Counted from the stretch's first letter, positions 18,522 through 27,910 are shown. The stretch: DNA of 53,774 nucleotides from Comamonadaceae bacterium CG2_30_57_122 (GCA_001871515.1 MNXW01000314.1:1-53774); one strand, 5' to 3'. Made by a program: numbers and translations. Notes: generated by a model not told the origin, from the sequence alone.

Positions 18522-19877
18522 TCAGAGTTTTCCTTCGCGTTCGAGTTTGCCCCAGGTCATGGCGTGACCGCGCCATTCTTCAATGGTGGCGAATACCTTG
18601 GAGATGTCAATGATATTGATGTAGAAAAGTCGGAACAAAACCGCATAAAGAATCAGCGACGGTGATTCTTCCTCAACCACCACACAGTAAGACGCAGCCA
18701 CAACATCCAATACCGTCAGTTGTAACCACCAATAAAAAAGCAGGGAAGTCAGGCCGTATTGAAGCCCTACATAAACAAAAAAAATATTGCCCAGCAGGGT
18801 CGAGAACGGCCACATGATGCCTTCAAACAGCATGTACCACAAAATAAAGCAGTTCATGCCTGCTTTGCGGGGCTGCCAAAGCGCAGATTTGTGTTTGGTG
18901 GTGGCCTGCAAAATACCACGCGTCCAGCGGTAACGCTGCTTGAGCAAGTCTAGCAAGCGGCTGGGAGATTCGACCCAGGCGATGGCACTGGCTTCGTAGG
19001 CAATGTGCCAGCCGTGCATCAGAATTTTGAGGGTCAAGTCGCAGTCCTCAGCAAAGGTGTCGTCGTCGTAACCGCCGACTTGTTGCAACACCGATTTGCG
19101 AAACATACCCAGTGGCCCGGGAATGATGTTGACCGAGCGGATGAAACTTTGCGCCTTGCGTGCCATCGCCAGCCCTTCAACGTATTCAAGCGCCTGAATC
19201 TTGGTCCAGATGTTTTCGCGGTTGATGACCTTGACGTTGCCCGCAACGGCCCCAATTTTCGGGTTTTCGAAGTGCTTGATACAGGCACGCAGGGTGTTGC
19301 TGGAGAGCTTGGAGTCGCCGTCCATGTTCAGAATGAACTCGCCGCGCGCCAGTGTCATGCCAGTGTTGAGTGCCTGAGCTTTGCCGCCGTTGCGTTTGGT
19401 GACCACGCGCACTTTGATGGCGGTGGATTCTTGCGCCACGGTGCTGGCTTTTTCATAGGTGTCGTCGGTTGAGCCATCGTCTACCACAATGATTTCAAAG
19501 TTGGGGTAGTCCAGCAGCAGCAGGGAACGAACTGCGGCCTGAATCACAATGCCCTCGTTGAAGGCCGGCACCACCAGAGAAATCATGGGCATTGAAGATT
19601 CGTCGCGGTAGCGCTCGGGCGACAGGTCGCGTTTGGTGTGCAGGGTCTCCAGATGTTCAAGAAACGAGTACACAATCAAGACCAGATACCGGATGACCAG
19701 CAGTGCCAGAAAAAATAGCAAATAGGTCGAAATGGCAGAAAGCACAAGGCTCTCCAGCAAAATGCTGAACGAACCTTTGACGGCACGCACCGACTGGTAG
19801 CTGAAGCTCAATATAAGCACCAGACCCGCCAGGGCTACAGCAGCCCAGAAAAAACGACTGACTTTCTTCAACGCCAA
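18522..19877 (-). CDS. Processive GT2 glycosyltransferase, PgaC/IcaA-like
   Basis: VPAFNE, DDGSTD, GGKAQALN, DGD, AEDCD, QRYRW all intact; N- and C-terminal TMs; TTG start 19877 or 19871. Confidence 0.9.
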   Translation of the reverse strand: MALKKVSRFFWAAVALAGLVLILSFSYQSVRAVKGSFSILLESLVLSAISTYLLFFLALLVIRYLVLIVYSFLEHLETLHTKRDLSPERYRDESSMPMISLVVPAFNEGIVIQAAVRSLLLLDYPNFEIIVVDDGSTDDTYEKASTVAQESTAIKVRVVTKRNGGKAQALNTGMTLARGEFILNMDGDSKLSSNTLRACIKHFENPKIGAVAGNVKVINRENIWTKIQALEYVEGLAMARKAQSFIRSVNIIPGPLGMFRKSVLQQVGGYDDDTFAEDCDLTLKILMHGWHIAYEASAIAWVESPSRLLDLLKQRYRWTRGILQATTKHKSALWQPRKAGMNCFILWYMLFEGIMWPFSTLLGNIFFVYVGLQYGLTSLLFYWWLQLTVLDVVAASYCVVVEEESPSLILYAVLFRLFYINIIDISKVFATIEEWRGHAMTWGKLEREGKL

Positions 19878-21343
19878 AGTTTTTCCAGATTAAGGTTGAC
19901 TGACTGCGCTTTATAAACACTCCCATCGCGCCAGCTGGACATGGCCCACAAGTTCATGCCAATGGCCACATCGTTGCTTAACCAGTGTTTCCCCCCAGCA
20001 GAAATGCTCCAGCTTGAACCTGCTTCACCATAGATGCCGCTACCCAGTTGTGCAGAAGCGAACAGGTTTGAATTGCTGTCACCCCATTCACCCAATAATC
20101 CAGCATAAAGGATGCCAGAGCCCAGCTCGGGTGACCAGTAGTTGCTGGTGTTGAATTTGGCTGACCGGGTTTCAATGCCCGCAAAGGGTTTGAAATGGTC
20201 GCCCAGAGGTCGCCACACCGATGCCAGGTGCAGGTTGGTGGTGAAAATGGTGTTGCCGTCGGTGATGTTGTAGTAATGCAGTTTTCCCTGTACCGTGCCC
20301 ATGGAAAAATCTTGAGTGGCTGAGGCACCAAGATGGGTAGCGGCCAAGCTCGCTCGCAGTGCGTTTGGATTGGTTGCAATCCGGCTCCAATTAACCCGCC
20401 CGGCTTCTAGTGTGATTTGATCGTCTGCCAGTTTGATGGCTCCACTGGCATACAGGCTGTGGTCGTAGCGGGTCGGCATGCTCAACTCAAGACTTGGTTT
20501 AAGTGCCAGGCTTAGGTCGTGGTGACGCAACGTCACTTCTTGCTGCGCAGCTTCAATTCCGGGCAAGCTATCCTGAACACCACTGGCTTCGACCTCGTAA
20601 ATTTTTGCTCCACTTTGGTCTCGCCAGCGGTGGTTTGTGGTCAATATTCGGCGTTTGTTGTCTGTTGAGTCTGTTGATCCCCCCACTTCTATCAGGGTTC
20701 GGGGACTCAATTCGCGGTTGGCCAACTCCAATCCTTCAATTGCATCAGGATTTTCAGGCTCAACCGCCAGTACTTTGTCGTAAAGAGGTTTGGCGATGTC
20801 GTCGCGACCACGCCAGCGGTGAACATTGGCCAAGCCAACTTGTGCGGCGCTGGCTAGTGGCCCGCTTGTCAAGGCTTCATAGGCTGGAATTGCCGCGCGC
20901 AAACGACCCGTCCAGGCCAAACTGTTGGCAATGATCAGTTGCAGCTCGTCGTCTGGCTTTTCTTTGGCCATCAATTCCAGACCAGCTGTGCCGACGGTCT
21001 GATATTCACCGGCCGTATTCAGGTCAACGATGCGTTGTTGGCTGGGTGGACGCTTGGGCGACTGGGCATCAGATTCGCTTGCTTTTTGCGCGCCAGGGAT
21101 AGGAATAAATTTAAACGAAGGCAGAGGAAGCCAGCCACCATTGGGTGTACCCAGCCTTTGACTCTCAATCGCTGTGTTGGGTGATAGGCTATTTGGTTGC
21201 GCCAGTCCACCAAGCGGAACAGTGGCGAACATCACGCATGGCAAGCAACGCAAAATCAGCCGCCGGTGTGAAACAGCCGTCGTACGTTCAGGTTGATAAA
21301 AAGGATGGGGTTGCACCTGGGTTTGAACTTTTTGAACCTTCAT
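19868..21343 (-). CDS. TPR plus putative outer-membrane beta-barrel export protein (PgaA-like)
   Basis: Signal-like N-terminus; TPR (LANVHRWRGR..LYDKVLAVEPEN); alternating beta-strand C-terminal half with NYWSP, ending LNLEKLWR. Confidence 0.65.
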   Translation of the reverse strand: MKVQKVQTQVQPHPFYQPERTTAVSHRRLILRCLPCVMFATVPLGGLAQPNSLSPNTAIESQRLGTPNGGWLPLPSFKFIPIPGAQKASESDAQSPKRPPSQQRIVDLNTAGEYQTVGTAGLELMAKEKPDDELQLIIANSLAWTGRLRAAIPAYEALTSGPLASAAQVGLANVHRWRGRDDIAKPLYDKVLAVEPENPDAIEGLELANRELSPRTLIEVGGSTDSTDNKRRILTTNHRWRDQSGAKIYEVEASGVQDSLPGIEAAQQEVTLRHHDLSLALKPSLELSMPTRYDHSLYASGAIKLADDQITLEAGRVNWSRIATNPNALRASLAATHLGASATQDFSMGTVQGKLHYYNITDGNTIFTTNLHLASVWRPLGDHFKPFAGIETRSAKFNTSNYWSPELGSGILYAGLLGEWGDSNSNLFASAQLGSGIYGEAGSSWSISAGGKHWLSNDVAIGMNLWAMSSWRDGSVYKAQSVNLNLEKLWR

Positions 21344-23235
21344 TTTTTGCTTTGTGAGCTACGCACCGCGCGAGGTGCTGGTTGTTTTCCAAAAACAGAG
21401 GCTGAAGCATCTCCAGCGTAGCTGAACTGCGAATCTGGATTGTCGGGCATGACCTCACGGGGGATGGCCGCAGGCCGTGGTACAGAGCGTTCAGGCACAG
21501 GCATTAAAACCCGTGGTGGAACCAAATCCAGCGTGCGTGCTTGCGCTGTCAGGGTCTGGTTGTGGACTAATGGCTGAGTGGATGTTTGAATTTTATTCAA
21601 AATTGACGCTATGACCGATGGCTTCGGTGTTGTGTCTTCAGTAGAGGCTTCTTCAGCATTTGCATCAACCAACGTGGTGCTGTGATCTGGCAAACCACCG
21701 AGTTCCAGGGCCCGCATCAAGGCTGCCAATTCGGGTTGGATATCTTCGCGTCGTACCAAAAACCGAAGGTTGGTGAACACGGTGTCAACCGGTACACCCA
21801 AAAGGCGCTCCAACGTGCTCAACATCACGGCTTGTTGGCAGGCGTTCAGAAAAATATAAGCATGCGTGTTGTCGGCTGTCAGTAAATCACCCGGCCGGGA
21901 TAAACCAATTTGGCGCAAAACATCGACCATGGATTGACCATTCGTTGGCTGCCCCAGAATCAAGGCGCACGGAATATTCAGCGTCTCAGCGCGGTCAAGA
22001 ATTAAATTCACCTCGCGTGCAAAGCGCAAAGGGCGCAAGTAGCCGCGCATCCGCGTGGGTGTCACGCTGGCCAGCGCCGCTTCAAAATTGATGTCAATAT
22101 CACGGGTAAAAGTTTGCCCATGCAGGGAGTCCAGCAACAAGGTCAACCGACTGACTGGTACGTCCCTGTGAACAACCAGGTTGACACCCAGTCGCAAGAG
22201 CAGAGCCTCGTTTTGGAAGCGCAGGGAAGCAGCTTTTTCCTGAACCACGATGTGAGCATGACGACCCAGGCTCGAACGCAGGGTATGCGCGGTTTCTGCC
22301 AATTGTCGCAAACTGGTATCTGGAAGAAAGCTCAGAATAATGGTGGCCGAACGGGTTGAGCGTGTAGCGTGCATCATGCCCACCAGCGTATCAACATGCT
22401 GCCAGATGCCGACGCTTTGTTTGGCCAGGCTGCCCAGGTCCGGATCCATGTAAAAAACATGCAGTTCTTTATCTGAATCCGCTGCTTCAATGGTCTGATC
22501 GATGCTGCTTTGGATCTGCTCTGATGACAAAGAAAGCGGTGCAACTTCGTAAAGGCCCGTGTCAAGTGCGCGCAACGGAAAATGTCTGGCAGCTACCGCA
22601 CCTTCTGGGGATTGCCAGAAGTCAAAGGTAATTTCCAGGCCGCTTTTCTCGCCACCTAGCCGGGCTATGCCGGTAAGGTTGTCCATCAAGGCATTGATGG
22701 TGTTGGAATGGGCTTCAGTAACACGGGTAAATACCAGCAGCGCGGTCACGTGTCTGTCGCTAAGCCATTTGGACAGTACCTCAACTTGATCCAAAGCCAT
22801 GGAAAGATCATGCAGACTTAAAAGTTCATCAGCCTGATCAAATAGTAGAAAGGTGTTTACGGATACATCAAAAAATTCTAATTCTTGAATAAAACTTTCA
22901 GCGCCAAACCGAAACATTTTCTTGGAAAATTCATCCTGCATGGTAAAAAGCTGCAGGTGATTGTTGGTCATGCTTTCTTGGGTATCGAGTTCGCCAAAAG
23001 AATTGATACGTTGCAAAAACAGTTCCGGATTACTCGGCAGAATGACGTTGCATTCAATACCGCCATCAAGGGCGCTGGCCAGAGTGCCCGCCAAAATGGG
23101 GAACCGTGCTGAGGGTATTTCAGCCAGTAACACATACAGTCCGCCATTGACCATGCCACTGCTGAGTAAGGGCAGGGCATGAATCCCAAGTTGTACCAAC
23201 GATGACGGCTTTGGATTGGAGGTCTTGTCAATCAT
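21340..23235 (-). CDS. bcsE: Cellulose biosynthesis protein BcsE (c-di-GMP-binding)
   Basis: LGIHALP..GGLY N-terminus, IVVQEK..LRFQNEALLLRLGVNLV, RPGD (RxGD) motif, Pro-rich tail. Confidence 0.85.
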   Translation of the reverse strand: MIDKTSNPKPSSLVQLGIHALPLLSSGMVNGGLYVLLAEIPSARFPILAGTLASALDGGIECNVILPSNPELFLQRINSFGELDTQESMTNNHLQLFTMQDEFSKKMFRFGAESFIQELEFFDVSVNTFLLFDQADELLSLHDLSMALDQVEVLSKWLSDRHVTALLVFTRVTEAHSNTINALMDNLTGIARLGGEKSGLEITFDFWQSPEGAVAARHFPLRALDTGLYEVAPLSLSSEQIQSSIDQTIEAADSDKELHVFYMDPDLGSLAKQSVGIWQHVDTLVGMMHATRSTRSATIILSFLPDTSLRQLAETAHTLRSSLGRHAHIVVQEKAASLRFQNEALLLRLGVNLVVHRDVPVSRLTLLLDSLHGQTFTRDIDINFEAALASVTPTRMRGYLRPLRFAREVNLILDRAETLNIPCALILGQPTNGQSMVDVLRQIGLSRPGDLLTADNTHAYIFLNACQQAVMLSTLERLLGVPVDTVFTNLRFLVRREDIQPELAALMRALELGGLPDHSTTLVDANAEEASTEDTTPKPSVIASILNKIQTSTQPLVHNQTLTAQARTLDLVPPRVLMPVPERSVPRPAAIPREVMPDNPDSQFSYAGDASASVFGKQPAPRAVRSSQSKK

Positions 23236-23258
23236 GGTGAAAACTGCGTGTTAGAGTT

Positions 23259-23446
23259 GAACCCAAAAAATTCATCACAAGGCACTTTGTGCCTGCATGA
23301 TGCCAGGCGATTGGTTGGTGTGGTGTCATTTTGCTCATTCATTCATTTATCGTTCATGACGATGGCCAAGAACTTCACTCGGCCAACTAAACTGGCGCGC
23401 AACTTCCCCCGCCATGCATTCATGTCCTGAAGAATTGTTTGTGTTA
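23259..23446. mobile_element. MITE family B, degenerate copy
   Basis: Ends AACCCAAAAAATTCATCA / CTGAAGAATTGTTTGTGTTA; internal GGCACTT.GTGCCTGCATG and CATGCATTCATG.CCTGA shared with 25894-26076. Confidence 0.6.
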
Positions 23447-23476
23447 AATGGTTTTATCACAAATGGCAGATTGTTT

Positions 23477-23495
23477 ATCGACAAAAAATGTCGAT
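23477..23495. promoter_or_regulatory. Perfect palindrome, candidate operator in the divergent promoter region
   Basis: ATCGACA-AAAAA-TGTCGAT in the short AT-rich unique DNA between MITEs. Confidence 0.4.
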
Positions 23496-23524
23496 GATTT
23501 CACGGAAAACTCGTAAATTGTTAA

Positions 23525-23889
23525 TAAACCGAGATTGTTCATTAGGCGGTGCTTTCACCTGTTTGAACGCTGGCTGCAGCTTTGCGGTCATTTTGAGCGT
23601 CTGCTCGGTGTCCCTAGGAGGCTGTCGGACTTTCGGTACATCGGCTGTAATCCGACCGCAGCGGTTCTTTTTTACCGTCTTTTTGGCCCATAGCTACGGC
23701 TATGAGCCAGCAAATCCGGCAAAAACTGCCCTCGCTGGGGTCGAATTTGGCTACGCCGCTCTTCGAGAACGCTTCGATGCCGAAAGTCCGACAGCCTCCT
23801 AGCCATGCTATGAACGCCTCACAGCCTTGCATACTGCCTCGCAAACCTGCTCGCCTTCATTTCAAACCCTAATGAACAATCTCGGATAA
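23525..23889. mobile_element. MITE family B-related element interrupted by a family A insertion
   Basis: 18-bp perfect TIR CCGAGATTGTTCATTAGG (23529-23546) / CCTAATGAACAATCTCGG (23868-23885); rejoined halves align with 25894-26076. Confidence 0.8.
23614..23802 (-). mobile_element. MITE family A, copy 2 (nested)
   Basis: CTAG-GAGGCTGTCGGACTTTCGG ... CCGAAAGTCCGACAGCCTC-CTAG; about 3 differences from copy 3. Confidence 0.9.
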
Positions 23890-23894
23890 AAGTC

Positions 23895-25889
23895 ATGAAT
23901 TTTCTCGCTCAACTTTTTACTCACCTAAGTCGCACATGCGGATGTCTGGTGTTTGTTTCATTGCTGTTATTGCAGGCTTGTGCCAGCAAGTCGCCCGCCA
24001 ACCCACCAGACATCGCGCAAACAGTGACAAAAGAGGTGATTCCACCGGTGGGATTTTTTGTGCCAGCGGGCATGTTTGATAAGGCGCTGGATAACCCAAA
24101 AACGTCCTCTAGCGCAGAATTGCCAAATTCATTGCTGAAGGGAACAGCTCTTGCCCAATCGTCATCACAGGCGGCTGAAAAGCCATTTGTGCCACAGGTC
24201 TGGCTTTACGATTCACCAGCAACCAAAGCCTACCTGGCATCGGGCGGACTCGATGGCAAACTGAACCCAGGTCTTTGGGAAGCGTTTCTGCGCAAATACA
24301 AAATTCCTTACAAACGGGTGTCCTCTGCAGATCAACTTGAAAAGTCGTTGCCCGGGGTGCTTTTGTTGCCATCCAGTGTGGCTTTGTCAGAAGCAGAAAA
24401 ACAAGCCATCGTCAGTTTCAGAGCCCGAGGCGGTAGCGTTTTGGCAACTTGGCTAGCGGGTGTGCGGGGCGAGCAAGGGCAATGGCAAGGTTTTGATTTC
24501 ATGGCCAAGGCATTGGGTGTCAACGTGTTGGGTGACACCCAAAAAGACGATGAAGACAATTTCATGTCCACTTACGGTGATAACCCCATCACACATGCGC
24601 TACCGGCGGGACAACGCATCTGGCTCGAGCGGGTGCAGGGCTGGTATCCGTTGCGCTTGGCTGGGGGACATCCTGCTGCTGAAGTGACTGATTGGTCACG
24701 TAACTTCACGCCTGGCAAACCTACCACAGCCGTCGTGTTTGATGAACAAGCCATGCCGTCAGGTGCCTACTCGCGTGTGGTGGTACTGGGTTATCCCGAG
24801 CGCCTGTTGTTGTCGGCCGATCCTCAGCAGTTAGAGGCTGTTGCGCACAACGCCCTGATGTGGTTGTTGCGTCAGCCGGATGCATACCTTGCTGCATGGC
24901 CGTATCCCTATTCAAGTGCACTGGTGATGGCCATTGATGCCGCTGAAGTCATGCTTGAAAGCGATTTGGCGGTGACGAAGCAGCTTGAAGAAACAGGAGG
25001 GCGTGGAACTTATTTTGTGTTGAGCGACGCTGCAGAAAAGAGCGCTGCAATTTTGAAAAAAATGCAAGATCGTGGTCACGAGATTGCTTACATGGGCGAT
25101 AGTTTTATCGGATTCAGAGACCAATCGACCAAGGTGCAGTCCAAGCGTCTGGATACCATGCGAAAGACGCTTCAAAACGCTGGCGTAGAACTTGCCGTTG
25201 ATGCTGGATTTCATGCTCCTATGGAGTCGTATGACAAAACCACAGAAAAATTACTTGTCGATGGTGCGTTTGGTTATTACGTGGCCTTTATGGATGCCAC
25301 TGATACACGGCTACCTGCATGGTTTGGGGCAGGTAGCAAATCTGTGTCAGATGCATCTACAAAATCAACGCTGATTTTGCCCAGAACACAGAGTGGTCCT
25401 GATGACCTCATGGAAGAAAATGATCCAGACGACGCGATGAAAATGTTTCTGGGCGCACTGGCTTTGTCTGAACGCATGGCCGCTTTGTCGGTGGTGAGGT
25501 TACCCAACCAAAGTTTATTGACACCTGAGCAGCTTGGCGAAGTGTTCAGTTATCTAAAAGCGCGAAAGGACAAAGATTGGATCATTACCGCGACCCATGT
25601 CACGCAATGGTGGCGGGATCGCGAACAGGTGCAGGTTGATCTAGAGGCGACACACGGCCAACCGATGCTGACCGTCACTGTTAACGGCAGCAAACCTGTA
25701 ACCAAGTCTATGGCCGTCTGGGTCAATTTACCGCAAGCAGATAGTGCTCTGAAGTTGAAAGCTTTGGACTCTGCTTTGCCCATGCCCAAGGTGGTGGAAG
25801 TGGATACTTGGCGTGCCGCGGTTTTGCTGGACGGCTTGAGGCCTGGGCGATATCAGTGGCAGTTGGATTTTGAGCGTCATGCAAATTAA
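23895..25889 (+). CDS. CE4-like deacetylase paralog B, putative lipoprotein with degenerate active site
   Basis: Lipobox-like LLLQAC; colinear with paralogs A and C but IDAAE, AYMGDSF, GFHAP, RLPNQ replace the catalytic motifs. Confidence 0.75.
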   Translation: MNFLAQLFTHLSRTCGCLVFVSLLLLQACASKSPANPPDIAQTVTKEVIPPVGFFVPAGMFDKALDNPKTSSSAELPNSLLKGTALAQSSSQAAEKPFVPQVWLYDSPATKAYLASGGLDGKLNPGLWEAFLRKYKIPYKRVSSADQLEKSLPGVLLLPSSVALSEAEKQAIVSFRARGGSVLATWLAGVRGEQGQWQGFDFMAKALGVNVLGDTQKDDEDNFMSTYGDNPITHALPAGQRIWLERVQGWYPLRLAGGHPAAEVTDWSRNFTPGKPTTAVVFDEQAMPSGAYSRVVVLGYPERLLLSADPQQLEAVAHNALMWLLRQPDAYLAAWPYPYSSALVMAIDAAEVMLESDLAVTKQLEETGGRGTYFVLSDAAEKSAAILKKMQDRGHEIAYMGDSFIGFRDQSTKVQSKRLDTMRKTLQNAGVELAVDAGFHAPMESYDKTTEKLLVDGAFGYYVAFMDATDTRLPAWFGAGSKSVSDASTKSTLILPRTQSGPDDLMEENDPDDAMKMFLGALALSERMAALSVVRLPNQSLLTPEQLGEVFSYLKARKDKDWIITATHVTQWWRDREQVQVDLEATHGQPMLTVTVNGSKPVTKSMAVWVNLPQADSALKLKALDSALPMPKVVEVDTWRAAVLLDGLRPGRYQWQLDFERHAN

Positions 25890-25893
25890 GGTA

Positions 25894-26076
25894 TAAACCC
25901 AAACAATCCATTAGGCGGCACTTCGTGCCTGCATGCCGCCTGGCGGCGTGATTTGCGGCCATTTTGCCCGTCCGTTCGTCGTCCATAGCTACGGCTATGA
26001 ACGCCTCTCGGCCAGTCAGACTGCCTCACAACTCACCGCGTCATGCATTCATGCCCTGATGGATTGTTTGGGATAA
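25894..26076. mobile_element. MITE family B, intact-looking copy
   Basis: TIR CCCAAACAATCCATTAGG / CCTGATGGATTGTTTGGG; central CATAGCTACGGCTATG. Confidence 0.8.
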
Positions 26077-26130
26077 ATGCGAGTGGCTTTTTTATCGAAC
26101 TGTTACAAATACAAAGGTCATCACTTAATC

Positions 26131-26844
26131 ATGAAGCTGCTAGATTCATTGCAAAAAATAAGTCGCCAATTGTTGTTTATTTATGCCTGTGCCACGACGA
26201 GTTTTATAGTGAACGCGCAGCCCACGGGTTTGCTTTATGACCCGGAGCCGCCGCTAGATTCGGCCTATGTTCGTATTTTGATTGCGGCTCAAGGTGCGGC
26301 TGTTGATGTGCTAGTGGACGGGAAAATGCGTGTGAAGCAACTCCCGCCTGGAGTGCCCAGTGATTACCTCGTACTGCCTGCTGGACAGCATAGCCTGACA
26401 ATTCAGGCTGCAGGCAAACCCAAGCCCTACTTTTCAACTCCTCTTGAGGTGGTTCGTGGCCGCGCCTTGACGGTGGCATACACCTCTTTGCAAGCCGATG
26501 CCAAGCCTCATATTTTTGAAGACAAGGCTAACTCCAACAAACTCAAAGCCCTTATTGCGGTGTATCACCTGGATACCAAGGCTGGTGCGCTGGATGTCCT
26601 GAGTGCAGATGGCAAAACCAAAGTTTTTTCTGCGGTTCAGTTTGGACAATCCACCAATATCCAGGTGAATCCCATCAGCATTGAGTTGCTTGCCACCAAG
26701 TCAACTGACAAAAAAGCGTTGGCTCATACGCAGTTGTCCATGACACAAGGCGGAACCTATAGCATTGTTTTGTTGTCTGGATCAGGTGGCAAACTGAGAG
26801 CTTATACTTACCAAAATAAAATTGAAAGATATACCGGAAAATAA
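26131..26844 (+). CDS. AlgF/WssG-like O-acetylation accessory protein
   Basis: Signal peptide; LYDPEPPLDSAYVRI resembles the AlgF N-terminal LY.P.P...S.FVR motif; two beta-rich repeats. Confidence 0.75.
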   Translation: MKLLDSLQKISRQLLFIYACATTSFIVNAQPTGLLYDPEPPLDSAYVRILIAAQGAAVDVLVDGKMRVKQLPPGVPSDYLVLPAGQHSLTIQAAGKPKPYFSTPLEVVRGRALTVAYTSLQADAKPHIFEDKANSNKLKALIAVYHLDTKAGALDVLSADGKTKVFSAVQFGQSTNIQVNPISIELLATKSTDKKALAHTQLSMTQGGTYSIVLLSGSGGKLRAYTYQNKIERYTGK

Positions 26845-26908
26845 CGGATTTTAGATGTCAAAGATAGCAACTGTTAAATTCACAAAACTTAACTTTATTA
26901 ATTAAACC

Positions 26909-27910
26909 ATGATCAAATTAACACTTAACAAAATAGTGGCTGGCATGATGTTGGCAGTTACATTTTCTTCACCTGTTGTACAAGCCCAAGATTCCCCTTA
27001 TGTGGTGATTGGTAAAGACGGTTGGCTGTTCACAAAATATGAATTTGCCACTCCAGCCGATGCCACAGATACCAATGTCACCATTGGATTGTTGGAAAAA
27101 ACGAGCAAACTTTTTGAGCGTAGCGGCATTGCCTTGGCCTTGGTGATCGTGCCTTCAAAAATCAGAATTTATAGCGACAAGTTGCCCGACAACAAACCAT
27201 TGGATGCTTATACCGATGGAAAATACGAAGAAATTTATAAAACCATGCGTGAAAGCGGTGTTCATGTTGTCAACTTGAATCAGGTGTTTTTGAACAGTCC
27301 AAAGCGTGACAGTGACACACCCTTGTTTCTGCATCAAGATACCCACTGGGCAGCCACTGGCGCGCTGTTAGCAGCCGAAACCATCAAGAAAGAAATTGAT
27401 AACACGCCTGTATTGGCCACAGCTTTGCAAGCTGTACCTGAAGAAAAATTTGCATTGACTTGGGGCAACAAAAAAGTCATGAGTCGAGCCAGGGATTTGG
27501 TCAAGCAGTTGCCAGCCGGTGCACCTGTTTTTAAACCTGAACAGACCATGTTATACAAGGTGGTGAAGGAATCCAAATCGCAGGCGGGTTTGCTCAGTGA
27601 GGGCGATAAAGTGGCTATTACGGTGATCGGCAGCAGCTACACCAACAAAAATACGGGTTATCCAGATGGCTTGCGCTATACCTTGCAACGGAATTTGCTG
27701 GATATTTCAATCCCAGTTGACCAAGGGCCCTGGGTTGGAATGGAGGCTTATTTGAAGGATGATGCATTCAAAACCAATAAACCAAAATTAATCATTTGGG
27801 AAATCCCGGAACGTGAATTCCGTTCACCACCAAACTATAAATTTCGGGATGCTCGCTATATAAGTGACAACAATGATTGGCTTGCGCGAATAACTGACCT
27901 GCTGCATTAA
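26909..27910 (+). CDS. AlgJ/AlgX-family SGNH-like O-acetyltransferase
   Basis: GKDGWLF, DTHWAATGA (DxH), IGSSY, PKLIIWEIPER; signal peptide. Confidence 0.85.
   Translation: MIKLTLNKIVAGMMLAVTFSSPVVQAQDSPYVVIGKDGWLFTKYEFATPADATDTNVTIGLLEKTSKLFERSGIALALVIVPSKIRIYSDKLPDNKPLDAYTDGKYEEIYKTMRESGVHVVNLNQVFLNSPKRDSDTPLFLHQDTHWAATGALLAAETIKKEIDNTPVLATALQAVPEEKFALTWGNKKVMSRARDLVKQLPAGAPVFKPEQTMLYKVVKESKSQAGLLSEGDKVAITVIGSSYTNKNTGYPDGLRYTLQRNLLDISIPVDQGPWVGMEAYLKDDAFKTNKPKLIIWEIPEREFRSPPNYKFRDARYISDNNDWLARITDLLH

Noticed and set aside
23464-23480. TGGCAGATTGTTTATC as a sigma-54 promoter
   Set aside because: The -12 GC is missing at the required spacing
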